Shown here one piece after another: positions 57,142 through 64,000 of a stretch of DNA of 64,000 bases. How positions within the stretch are numbered: the first letter of the stretch is position 1; the number at the start of each line of letters is the position of its first letter. The notes under the pieces were generated by a model. The model saw only the letters and a program-made list of their open reading frames with translations, was not told the origin of the DNA and ran no database searches. Source of the DNA: Sedimentibacter sp. (GTDB lineage Bacteria > Bacillota > Clostridia > Tissierellales > Sedimentibacteraceae); contig NZ_JAWQJF010000061.1 of the NCBI RefSeq assembly GCF_033447055.1, forward strand, positions 21,780-85,779. Reading direction: 5' to 3'. Position numbers and translations under genes: made by a program.

Positions 57142-58086
57142 ATGAATAAATTAATGGAATTGGCAAAACAAATATATTCAAGTGATAATATCGGTTATGT
57201 AATGATTTTTGGAGCCGGAATATTGTGGGGAACAATCGGGTTATTTGTAAAGTTGTTGAATGGTGTAGGAGCAAGCTCTACATTAACAGCTTTTATGAGA
57301 TTATTTATGGGATTTTGGATAATAGTGCCTGTTATGATTTGCAAGGGTGGAATAAAATTGTTCAAAATTGATAAAAACGGACTTATTCAATGTTTGATGT
57401 TAGGTATATTGTCTCAGGCACTTTTTAATTATTGTTATAATGTAAGTATCGAGAGTGTTGGAATTGCAACAGCATCTATACTTTTATATACTGCTCCTGT
57501 ATTTGTATGTGTTATGTCAATAATATTTTTCAAGGAACAAATAGGAATTTTAAAGATTTTTTCATTGGTGTTAAATATTTTTGGATGTTTTTTAATGGTT
57601 ACTGGAGGAAACTTGTCATATTTCAAATTATCTGCTATGGGAATAATTTTTGGAGTGGCAGCAGCTTTCCTATATAGTTTGGTAACAATAATCGGAAAAA
57701 TTGCATCAGGCAATATTCATCCGTTTACAGTTGTATTCTACAGTTTTTTCTTTGGCTGGATAACTCTTGGCATACTTACAGCACCATGGGAATCTATCGC
57801 AGCGGTATCTGGGCTTAAATTTTGGATTTATTCAATTGCATATGGTCTCATTCCAACCGTAGGCTCTTATTTGCTTTATTTAGGGGGATTAAGAAAAAAT
57901 TTAGAAATATCCAGAATACCTGTTATTGCATCAGTTGAGACAGTTGTTGCCACATTGATAGGTGTCATATTATTCAAGGAAAAACTTAATTTCATAAATG
58001 TTTTGGGAATTATTATATTAATATCATCTATTGTTATGATGAATTTAAGAATAAAAGTAAAAGATAACGATGTTATTTGCAGTTGA
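57142..58086 (+). CDS. EamA/DMT-family transporter
   Basis: 314 aa with 10 hydrophobic spans in two halves. No obvious RBS at the annotated ATG. Confidence 0.75.
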   Translation: MNKLMELAKQIYSSDNIGYVMIFGAGILWGTIGLFVKLLNGVGASSTLTAFMRLFMGFWIIVPVMICKGGIKLFKIDKNGLIQCLMLGILSQALFNYCYNVSIESVGIATASILLYTAPVFVCVMSIIFFKEQIGILKIFSLVLNIFGCFLMVTGGNLSYFKLSAMGIIFGVAAAFLYSLVTIIGKIASGNIHPFTVVFYSFFFGWITLGILTAPWESIAAVSGLKFWIYSIAYGLIPTVGSYLLYLGGLRKNLEISRIPVIASVETVVATLIGVILFKEKLNFINVLGIIILISSIVMMNLRIKVKDNDVICS

Positions 58087-58179
58087 GAACTTACGTAAGC
58101 AAATTAATCAAAGGTCTTTCCAAGCTTGAAAGACATGAAAAAAGACAGCTGAAACGTTCCAGTATATTTAAGTTAAATA

Positions 58180-58208
58180 TTGCACGATATGTTAAAAAGT
58201 ACTATAAT
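58180..58208 (+). promoter_or_regulatory. Promoter for the membrane LuxR gene
   Basis: TTGCAC (58180-58185), 17-nt spacer, TATAAT (58203-58208). Confidence 0.5.
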
Positions 58209-58275
58209 AATGTGTATATGATACTTAAATTTTGTTACAACAATCTTACTAAAAATTTATAAATTGAGGTATATG

Positions 58276-59730
58276 ATGCAATCCTATATTTATGATATAA
58301 ATAAATTTTTACGTAGCTCCTTTAGAATGGCAGACACCCTTAGCATTAAATCTGTTTCTAAAAAAAATCTTCCTTATTTTATAGGATGGATTGCTATTTT
58401 TATATGGCTATATTCATATTTTCTACCGATGGGCGGATTCAAGTTTGATAGTAAACTATATTATGAAAATGTAGGTTATACTTCTGCATATTATTACATC
58501 TTTCTCGCTGTAGGTTGCATTATTCCTGTATTTATAGATGGAAGAAAATTTGTTCCCAAAACAATTTACAGCGTAATAACAGCTTTTATATGCTTTATAG
58601 CGATTCGCTTTACAGGAGCAAGCATTCTTTCGAAATCTTTAATGATTGTTGCATCAGCATGCATTGGGCACATTTTTGCATCAAATACATTTGCTTTTTT
58701 TATGATACTCAATAATGCTGAAAAGTTCTATTCTATGATATTGGCAGTGCTGTTACCTAAAGTATTGATGTATGTAAAACCTAGGTTGCTTGAACACAGC
58801 TATATAATAGATACGCCAAGTTTAATTATTTTTTCCATAATGATCTTGTTGTTCGTATGTTCTTATTTTTATAAGTATAATATTGAAGAAATCCCAGTCA
58901 ATAATAATATAAAAGCTCCAAGAAGAGCTTACTCTCTAATGCCTTTGGTATTTGTAATTATTTCACTTAATGATGTCGTTGCACCTTCAACTTTGAGACA
59001 AATTGTAAATGTTTCTAAAGATCAAATTGAAAGTTTTTATTTTTTCGGTATTTTAATAGGGATTTTTATTGTAATATTTTTTCAAAAGCGTTTTTCAATA
59101 AATATATGCAATATGCTCAATATTTCCTTTGCGTTCCTTGCAATGGGATTTGTTGTAAATATAATAAGTATTGAAAGCCGCGAGGTAATGCTGATTTCCG
59201 CATCATGCTTTGGAAGTTCATATGCAATAGGTTTTGTAAATATTTATTACCTTGCAGGGTTTATGACAAAAAAATTTCAAAGCATTAAATTCTATAAATT
59301 TGGGATAATATTGTCTACCATATATTACATAATTTCCTTTATAATTATAGGGGTTTCAGAAAATGTTGAGATGCTGCCTCCGCCTATATTTACGGCACTT
59401 GTTTCAATATTCATTGTAATAATATTTTTTGTATTGTCCCCGTTTTTTATCAAACTTCTTTATTCGGGTGAATGGATTGATGATTCCTACCGTTTTGATG
59501 TAACAAAATGTTCTCGTTTAGAAGCAAAGCTCAAGGATTATAAATTGACACCGGCTGAAACTGAGGTTTGTGTCCTGTTGTTGGAAGGATATACAATGCG
59601 GCAGATAGCAGGAATGCAATCTAAGGCATATGCCACAATTAATACATATTGCACTTCCATATATCGCAAGTTAAATATTAATAGCCGTACAGAACTTATA
59701 TTGATTTTGCAAGATTATATTTCTAAATAA
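58276..59730 (+). CDS. Polytopic membrane protein with a C-terminal LuxR-type HTH (one-component regulator)
   Basis: At least 10 hydrophobic spans, then LTPAETEVCVLLLEGYTMRQIAGMQSKAYATINTYCTSIYRKLNINSRTELI. The start is ATG 58273 or 58276, after GAGG. Confidence 0.8.
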   Translation: MQSYIYDINKFLRSSFRMADTLSIKSVSKKNLPYFIGWIAIFIWLYSYFLPMGGFKFDSKLYYENVGYTSAYYYIFLAVGCIIPVFIDGRKFVPKTIYSVITAFICFIAIRFTGASILSKSLMIVASACIGHIFASNTFAFFMILNNAEKFYSMILAVLLPKVLMYVKPRLLEHSYIIDTPSLIIFSIMILLFVCSYFYKYNIEEIPVNNNIKAPRRAYSLMPLVFVIISLNDVVAPSTLRQIVNVSKDQIESFYFFGILIGIFIVIFFQKRFSINICNMLNISFAFLAMGFVVNIISIESREVMLISASCFGSSYAIGFVNIYYLAGFMTKKFQSIKFYKFGIILSTIYYIISFIIIGVSENVEMLPPPIFTALVSIFIVIIFFVLSPFFIKLLYSGEWIDDSYRFDVTKCSRLEAKLKDYKLTPAETEVCVLLLEGYTMRQIAGMQSKAYATINTYCTSIYRKLNINSRTELILILQDYISK

Positions 59731-59743
59731 AACATAAATTTAA

Positions 59744-59776
59744 CCCTCTCATTAGGACTAATGAGGGGGATTTTTA
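59744..59776 (+). terminator. Intrinsic terminator
   Basis: ccctctcatta-ggac-taatgaggggg followed by T5. Confidence 0.7.
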
Positions 59777-59848
59777 TATTTATCAGATGAACTATTGAAT
59801 AGACAAATGAAAACATATATGTAATTATTTTAATTGTTTCCATGATAC

Positions 59849-60220
59849 ATGAGTTTAGGAGGTGATTATTTACAAGTGGATATAATCATAAGACTTTTTT
59901 TAAGATTAAAATCATTTTTTCATACATATGTAAATATAAATATAAGTAATGATATGACCGTTCCTGGAGTAATTACTCCATATGGCAAAATGGTTTATTT
60001 CAGTAGTGAAGAAAAAAAAATTTTTGTAAAAAGTCTTACAGCATGGGAAATGGATGTTTATCTGCTTTTACTGGAGGGTTATACTGTCATGGAAATATCG
60101 CACAAGCTTCATATAGGATATATTGTTGCTAATAAATATCAAAAGTCAATATGCAGGAAGCTTAAAATAAACACAAGGTCGGAGATAATAATGAATTACC
60201 GTGATATTGGAGCAGGATAA
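59849..60220 (+). CDS. Short LuxR-type HTH protein (paralogue of the upstream C-terminus); start uncertain
   Basis: LTAWEMDVYLLLLEGYTVMEISHKLHIGYIVANKYQKSICRKLKINTRSEII. The ATG at 59849 has no RBS. AGGAGGTGA at 59858-59866 is not followed by a well-spaced canonical start. Confidence 0.55.
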   Translation: MSLGGDYLQVDIIIRLFLRLKSFFHTYVNINISNDMTVPGVITPYGKMVYFSSEEKKIFVKSLTAWEMDVYLLLLEGYTVMEISHKLHIGYIVANKYQKSICRKLKINTRSEIIMNYRDIGAG

Positions 60221-60330
60221 CACCATATAAAAATATTTAAAATATTTTTCATTATACTATTAATTTATTTGTCATGAATGAAATTGTTTTGAAATTATTA
60301 AGTGATTGCATATTATAGGAGGGAAATAAT

Positions 60331-61920
60331 ATGAAAAGAAAAATTTTATCAATTATTTTAACATTTATTATGGTTTTAGCATTGATTCCGCTGAACGCAA
60401 GTGCTTCTGAAATGCCTACATCATGGAAGGCACCAGGATCATTAATAGTTAGTGAAACAAGCCAGTTTGAACACTGTACCAGCTTATTTTTTTCAGTTGA
60501 TCCAGAACTTTTAAAGTTTGTTGATTATGAGCAGACTGATCACGATGCTTTAGGCATTAACAGCGTTTCATATACAGCCCAAATAGACTGGAAGCTGAAT
60601 GATGGAAATTGGCATTATACTACTGATTGGGATACAATAAGTGAATATTACGAGTTTGATTCTGGCATTTATGCGGAAACAGGGTATCTTACCGGCGAAA
60701 CAACCAATGAAGTAAGCATACTGGATTTAAGAAATGGTGATGAGGGAGATACACCGATTCAAAAAATGTTAGGAAATGCTTTAATTAGAGGGACACTTGA
60801 TGATGGCAGTGATAACCGCCTTGATTTAGCAAACAATACTATATATTTTCGCGTTAGATTATATGTGGAGTATTATATTGAAGATTCTGAGGAAGAAGGA
60901 TTTATACTTTCACCATGGTCTGAAGTACTTGCATATGGCAAAAATGGCGTATTGTTAGAAAAGCCGACATATCTTGAAAAACCTACTATTTCTAATCTTG
61001 CAGTTGAAAAATATCCTGATGGTTCCCCTAAAATAAGATTTACAGCAATCACACCTAAACAGGTTCAGGATGCAAACAATTACATTCAGGCAAATGATGC
61101 AACTTCTATTACAGTTGAACATCTGATTAATATTAACAACACTGGTTGGATAGATGCAGAGGCCGGAGTCTGGTGGCTATCAGGCGAATCAAGAACTGTA
61201 GATGTGCCTGTAACTTATGATAATGGCAAAGTCGTAGAAATTGACAAGGCATATGTTCAGCTTCGCATGCGGTATACGTATGATGGTGGAGCTAATGTTG
61301 GACCTCTTCAATCAGAGTGGTCAAATATAGTATCAGTAAACACACCTGCCTGGAGCAATGCTAATGAATGGGCAACAAAAGAACTGCAGGCAGCTGAAGC
61401 TGCAGGATTAATCCCTGAAATATTAAAGGGTGCCGATATGACAAAACCGATAACAAGAGAAGAATTTGCCGAGCTAGCAGTTTTATTGTATGAAAAATCA
61501 TCGGGGGAGACAGCTGCTCCTACAAATTCTAATCCGTTCAATGATACAACTAATCAACAGATTTTAAAAGCCTTTAGCTTAGGAATTACTAATGGCACTT
61601 CTGCCACAACTTTTTCTCCAAAAACATTAATAAACAGAGAACAGTGTGCTACGATGCTATTTAGAGTAATAAAGGCAATGGCTCCAGATGGAACATACAG
61701 CATGGAAGGCGTAAAAGATTTTCCTGATCAGAAGCATATTTCTTCATGGGCGATTGAATCGACAAAATATATGTTTAAAATAGGAATAATTAAAGGAGAT
61801 GGAGCTGGAAATTTTATGCCTAAGGCTACAACATCAGTACAGGAAGCCTCTGGTTTTGGAATGGCTACAAGAGAGGCTGCAATACTCATGGCACTAAGAA
61901 CGTATGAAAGCACTAAATAA
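60331..61920 (+). CDS. Secreted protein with three C-terminal SLH-like repeats
   Basis: Signal peptide ILTFIMVLALIPLNASA. C-terminal units: WSNANEWATKELQAAEAAGLIP...ITREEFAELAVLLY; FNDT...AFSLGITNGTSATTFSPKTLINREQCATMLFRV; FPDQKHISSWAIESTKYMFKIGIIKGDGAGNFMP. Confidence 0.8.
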   Translation: MKRKILSIILTFIMVLALIPLNASASEMPTSWKAPGSLIVSETSQFEHCTSLFFSVDPELLKFVDYEQTDHDALGINSVSYTAQIDWKLNDGNWHYTTDWDTISEYYEFDSGIYAETGYLTGETTNEVSILDLRNGDEGDTPIQKMLGNALIRGTLDDGSDNRLDLANNTIYFRVRLYVEYYIEDSEEEGFILSPWSEVLAYGKNGVLLEKPTYLEKPTISNLAVEKYPDGSPKIRFTAITPKQVQDANNYIQANDATSITVEHLININNTGWIDAEAGVWWLSGESRTVDVPVTYDNGKVVEIDKAYVQLRMRYTYDGGANVGPLQSEWSNIVSVNTPAWSNANEWATKELQAAEAAGLIPEILKGADMTKPITREEFAELAVLLYEKSSGETAAPTNSNPFNDTTNQQILKAFSLGITNGTSATTFSPKTLINREQCATMLFRVIKAMAPDGTYSMEGVKDFPDQKHISSWAIESTKYMFKIGIIKGDGAGNFMPKATTSVQEASGFGMATREAAILMALRTYESTK

Positions 61921-61970
61921 TTCAAATTGTGAAGCTTAGATATTATATAAATAAAATTGTGGTAAAAGGG

Positions 61971-62013
61971 AATACAAAAACCTTGATGTTTTATAATCAA
62001 GGTTTTTGTATTT
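61971..62013 (+). terminator. Intrinsic terminator (16-bp perfect stem)
   Basis: aatacaaaaaccttga (61971-61986) pairs with tcaaggtttttgtatt (61997-62012). The T-run lies within and after the descending arm. Confidence 0.7.
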
Positions 62014-62259
62014 ATCTATTGTCAAATATTGACGTTGAATTATCACATATAAGATTCCTGGATCATTGATTTACATTGAAAAGTAGTATAGAATCATTGA
62101 AAAGATTAATATCAAATAAGAAGATAAGAAGTGAACTTACAAGTATATGGAACAAATTGTAGAATTTATTCGTCACATATAATATATTAATTTTCATTAT
62201 GAACAGCTTTATTATATTAGAGCATAATATGTCTCACCAAATTGATGAAGGAGTATGTT

Positions 62260-63654
62260 ATGAAAAAATTAGTCAAAATTACCATGATTCTTTTGATTTC
62301 TTCATTTTCACTTGCTTTTGCAAATTCAGGACCTGTGTATTGGCAGGGGTATCCATCATCTGATATCATGACTGTTGACAAAGATTCTCCCATAGAAGTG
62401 AAAAGCGAAAATCTCATTTTTGATTTTTCAGATGAAAACAATGACTCATATTCTGTTCAAGCCAATGTAACTGCAGAATATGAGATGACTAATCCTACTG
62501 ACGAAACTCAATCAGTTCAAATGGCATTTCCTTATATTGAAAGACTAAGTAATGTCAATTATGAAAACATAAAAATAACTGCAAATGGCAAAGAGGTCCC
62601 ATATGAGGTTTATGCAGGCAAGACTGTTAATAGCTATGGGAACAGTTTTGAAGAGAATAAAGATGAGAACTTTGATTTTAATGAAATTGTAAAAACAATA
62701 TCAAAGGATACTTATGAAGCTGAAAATTTTAAGGCTGATGAAATAGGCAAATTATATTCCATTGAAATAAAACCAACTACTGACATTGGAATAGATTTTA
62801 CTGTTGATTTTACTTACGATCAGGAAAAAACTAATATAGTCATAAAAAATTTCAATAGTTTTAATCGTGAAGATGAGAAAGTAAGGATTGCTTCTGGCTG
62901 TTTTGAATCTCAAGTTGCAGAGATTTATGTTTTAGGAGAAGACATCAACATTAATAAAATCAGTGGATACACCATTGGCTCCTCAAAGGAAGAAACAAAT
63001 TCATTTACTTATGAATTAATTGAAAAAGAAGTTGATGTTAAGTCGTATCTCCTTGGCATGAAAAGTTATTCTTATGGAGATTTTGAACACATTTCAGATG
63101 TTCAATTGTACAATATTTACGCAAGTGCTTTGGATAAGAATTTCGTAAACAACCTAGGGTTTTGTATGGTAGATGATGTATTAGAAATCAACTCTGTGAG
63201 AATTATAACTTTAGTTTATACTGTTGAGTTTCTTCCTGCTCAGGACCAGAAGGTAAGTGTTAGCTACAGCACAAAAGGAACAATGGATAAAAGAAACACT
63301 TCAAGTCCTCAGTATTTATTTTATTACATTTTAAACTCTGCAAAAAACTGGAATAGTTTTAACAATTTAAACATTAAAATTGTAACCCCACAAGAAGCTC
63401 CATACATTATTGACAGCAACATTGAATTTTATAAAGAGGAAGGTAATATTTACACAGCTTCTTTAGAAAAACTGCCGGAAGAAGATTTGTCATTTACACT
63501 TTATTCTAAGGAAAAAGTAACATTGTATGATAAGATTGAAGGACGAATATACAGAAGTTTCGGTTACTTTGCTCCAATAGTTATTGGGGTAATTATAATA
63601 TTTATAATAATAATCAGCATCATAGTTGTACGAAAATCAAGAAAAAGCAATTAG
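62260..63654 (+). CDS. Hypothetical exported protein with a C-terminal TM anchor
   Basis: Signal peptide KITMILLISSFSLAFA, a beta-rich body, and a C-terminal FAPIVIGVIIIFIIIISIIVV followed by RKSRKS. ATG 62260 follows GAAGGAG. Confidence 0.7.
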   Translation: MKKLVKITMILLISSFSLAFANSGPVYWQGYPSSDIMTVDKDSPIEVKSENLIFDFSDENNDSYSVQANVTAEYEMTNPTDETQSVQMAFPYIERLSNVNYENIKITANGKEVPYEVYAGKTVNSYGNSFEENKDENFDFNEIVKTISKDTYEAENFKADEIGKLYSIEIKPTTDIGIDFTVDFTYDQEKTNIVIKNFNSFNREDEKVRIASGCFESQVAEIYVLGEDININKISGYTIGSSKEETNSFTYELIEKEVDVKSYLLGMKSYSYGDFEHISDVQLYNIYASALDKNFVNNLGFCMVDDVLEINSVRIITLVYTVEFLPAQDQKVSVSYSTKGTMDKRNTSSPQYLFYYILNSAKNWNSFNNLNIKIVTPQEAPYIIDSNIEFYKEEGNIYTASLEKLPEEDLSFTLYSKEKVTLYDKIEGRIYRSFGYFAPIVIGVIIIFIIIISIIVVRKSRKSN

Positions 63655-63673
63655 TTCTATTGTTTACAAAAGG

Positions 63674-63769
63674 GATACGTCGCATGAATGGACAGGACGG
63701 AAATCAAAAGCAAACGCAGAATCTCATTTGGGTCATGTTTTCTCGGATGGTCCGGTAATCAGTGAGTAA
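63674..63769 (+). pseudogene. msrB: Remnant of a methionine-R-sulfoxide reductase (msrB) gene
   Basis: The frame reads DTSHEWTGRKSKANAESHLGHVFSDGPVISE then stop. HLGHVF-DGP is the MsrB active-site region. There is no N-terminal part and no RYC(I/V)NS tail. Confidence 0.55.
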
Positions 63770-63770
63770 T

Positions 63771-63803
63771 AAAAAAACGGCTGTGGATTACTTCCCACAG
63801 CCG
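63771..63803 (-). terminator. Intrinsic terminator for the minus-strand edge gene
   Basis: Stem cggctgtgg / ccacagccg (63778-63786 / 63795-63803). The A7 run at 63771-63777 gives U7 on the minus strand. The stop codon sits in the loop. Confidence 0.7.
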
Positions 63804-64000
63804 CATAAGTTTGAAATCTTAATATCCATTGAAAATTTAGTTTCGCCATCCATGGCCTCGTAAATATCTGCTATCAGTTTTAAAACCTTGTTTTTTTCGC
63901 CTCTGACGAAAGTTGAGAGAACTCCTACACTATTTTCAAGGCCTGAATTATTTATAATGTCAAGCACTCTTTTTACATCGTCAATATAATCATCACTTAC
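63788..64000 (-). CDS. Partial CDS (C-terminal 70 aa), tentatively YkoF-like small ligand-binding protein; N-terminus outside the window
   Basis: The minus frame is open from 64000: VSDDYIDDVKRVLDIINNSGLENSVGVLSTFVRGEKNKVLKLIADIYEAMDGETKFSMDIKISNLCGCGK then stop. The pattern resembles the YkoF repeat (from memory). Confidence 0.4.
   Translation of the reverse strand, partial: VSDDYIDDVKRVLDIINNSGLENSVGVLSTFVRGEKNKVLKLIADIYEAMDGETKFSMDIKISNLCGCGK

Noticed and set aside
58077-58262. 61-aa basic ORF between the EamA and membrane-LuxR genes
   Set aside because: It overlaps the EamA stop, has no RBS, and contains the predicted LuxR promoter. Probably non-coding.
1-64000. Scan for CRISPR arrays, tRNA/rRNA genes, transposases, integrases, and toxin-antitoxin or known defence-system signatures
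   Set aside because: I saw no regularly spaced repeats, cloverleaf-like segments or recognisable mobile or defence gene motifs by eye. This is limited by manual inspection.

Overview
This window looks like a low-GC, AT-rich Firmicute chromosome, probably a Clostridia-type spore former with SLH/S-layer biology. That guess rests on gene content only. Most of the window is conserved housekeeping. Left to right: the 3' part of a zf-HC2 anti-sigma factor, yhaM, addB-addA, a small sporulation-type cluster (tlp plus hypotheticals), and tsaD convergent with an ABC-F ATPase. Then come glmM, a 2H phosphoesterase, a TVP38/DedA-type membrane protein and a BTAD/TPR regulator. Next is a formiminotransferase-type histidine utilisation cluster: hutU, a frameshifted glutamate formimidoyltransferase, hutI, a cyclodeaminase, hutP and a LysR regulator. 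After that: a SOD-like protein, polA-coaE, a cell-wall polymer locus (large membrane protein-csaB-tagA), fsa and a split transketolase, carD, a PIN/TRAM protein, DUF421/DUF4363 and an FAH-family hydrolase. The right third is more accessory. It starts with a four-gene operon led by a 1,621-aa fusion protein (HD / helical repeats / NadD-like nucleotidyltransferase / GNAT-like / PRTase-like), followed by LDH-like, flavoprotein and HpcH-aldolase genes. It continues with a 2Fe-2S protein plus an [FeFe]-hydrogenase-like gene. A cobalamin-riboswitch-controlled ABC importer operon follows, containing an exported CbiK-like lipoprotein and a BtuF-like lipoprotein with SLH repeats. The window ends with an EamA transporter, a polytopic membrane LuxR regulator plus a short LuxR paralogue, two secreted or anchored proteins, an msrB remnant and a partial YkoF-like gene. 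I saw no rRNA, tRNA, CRISPR array, transposase or phage genes. The most interesting items are: (1) the giant fusion-protein operon; (2) a ~115-nt structured repeat present twice, each time directly after an intrinsic terminator, once wedged between the B12 riboswitch and its regulated gene; (3) a DnaA-box cluster in the tsaD/ABC-F intergenic region; and (4) the surface-exposed CbiK/BtuF-SLH pair. All product calls come from motifs read by eye. No database search was run.
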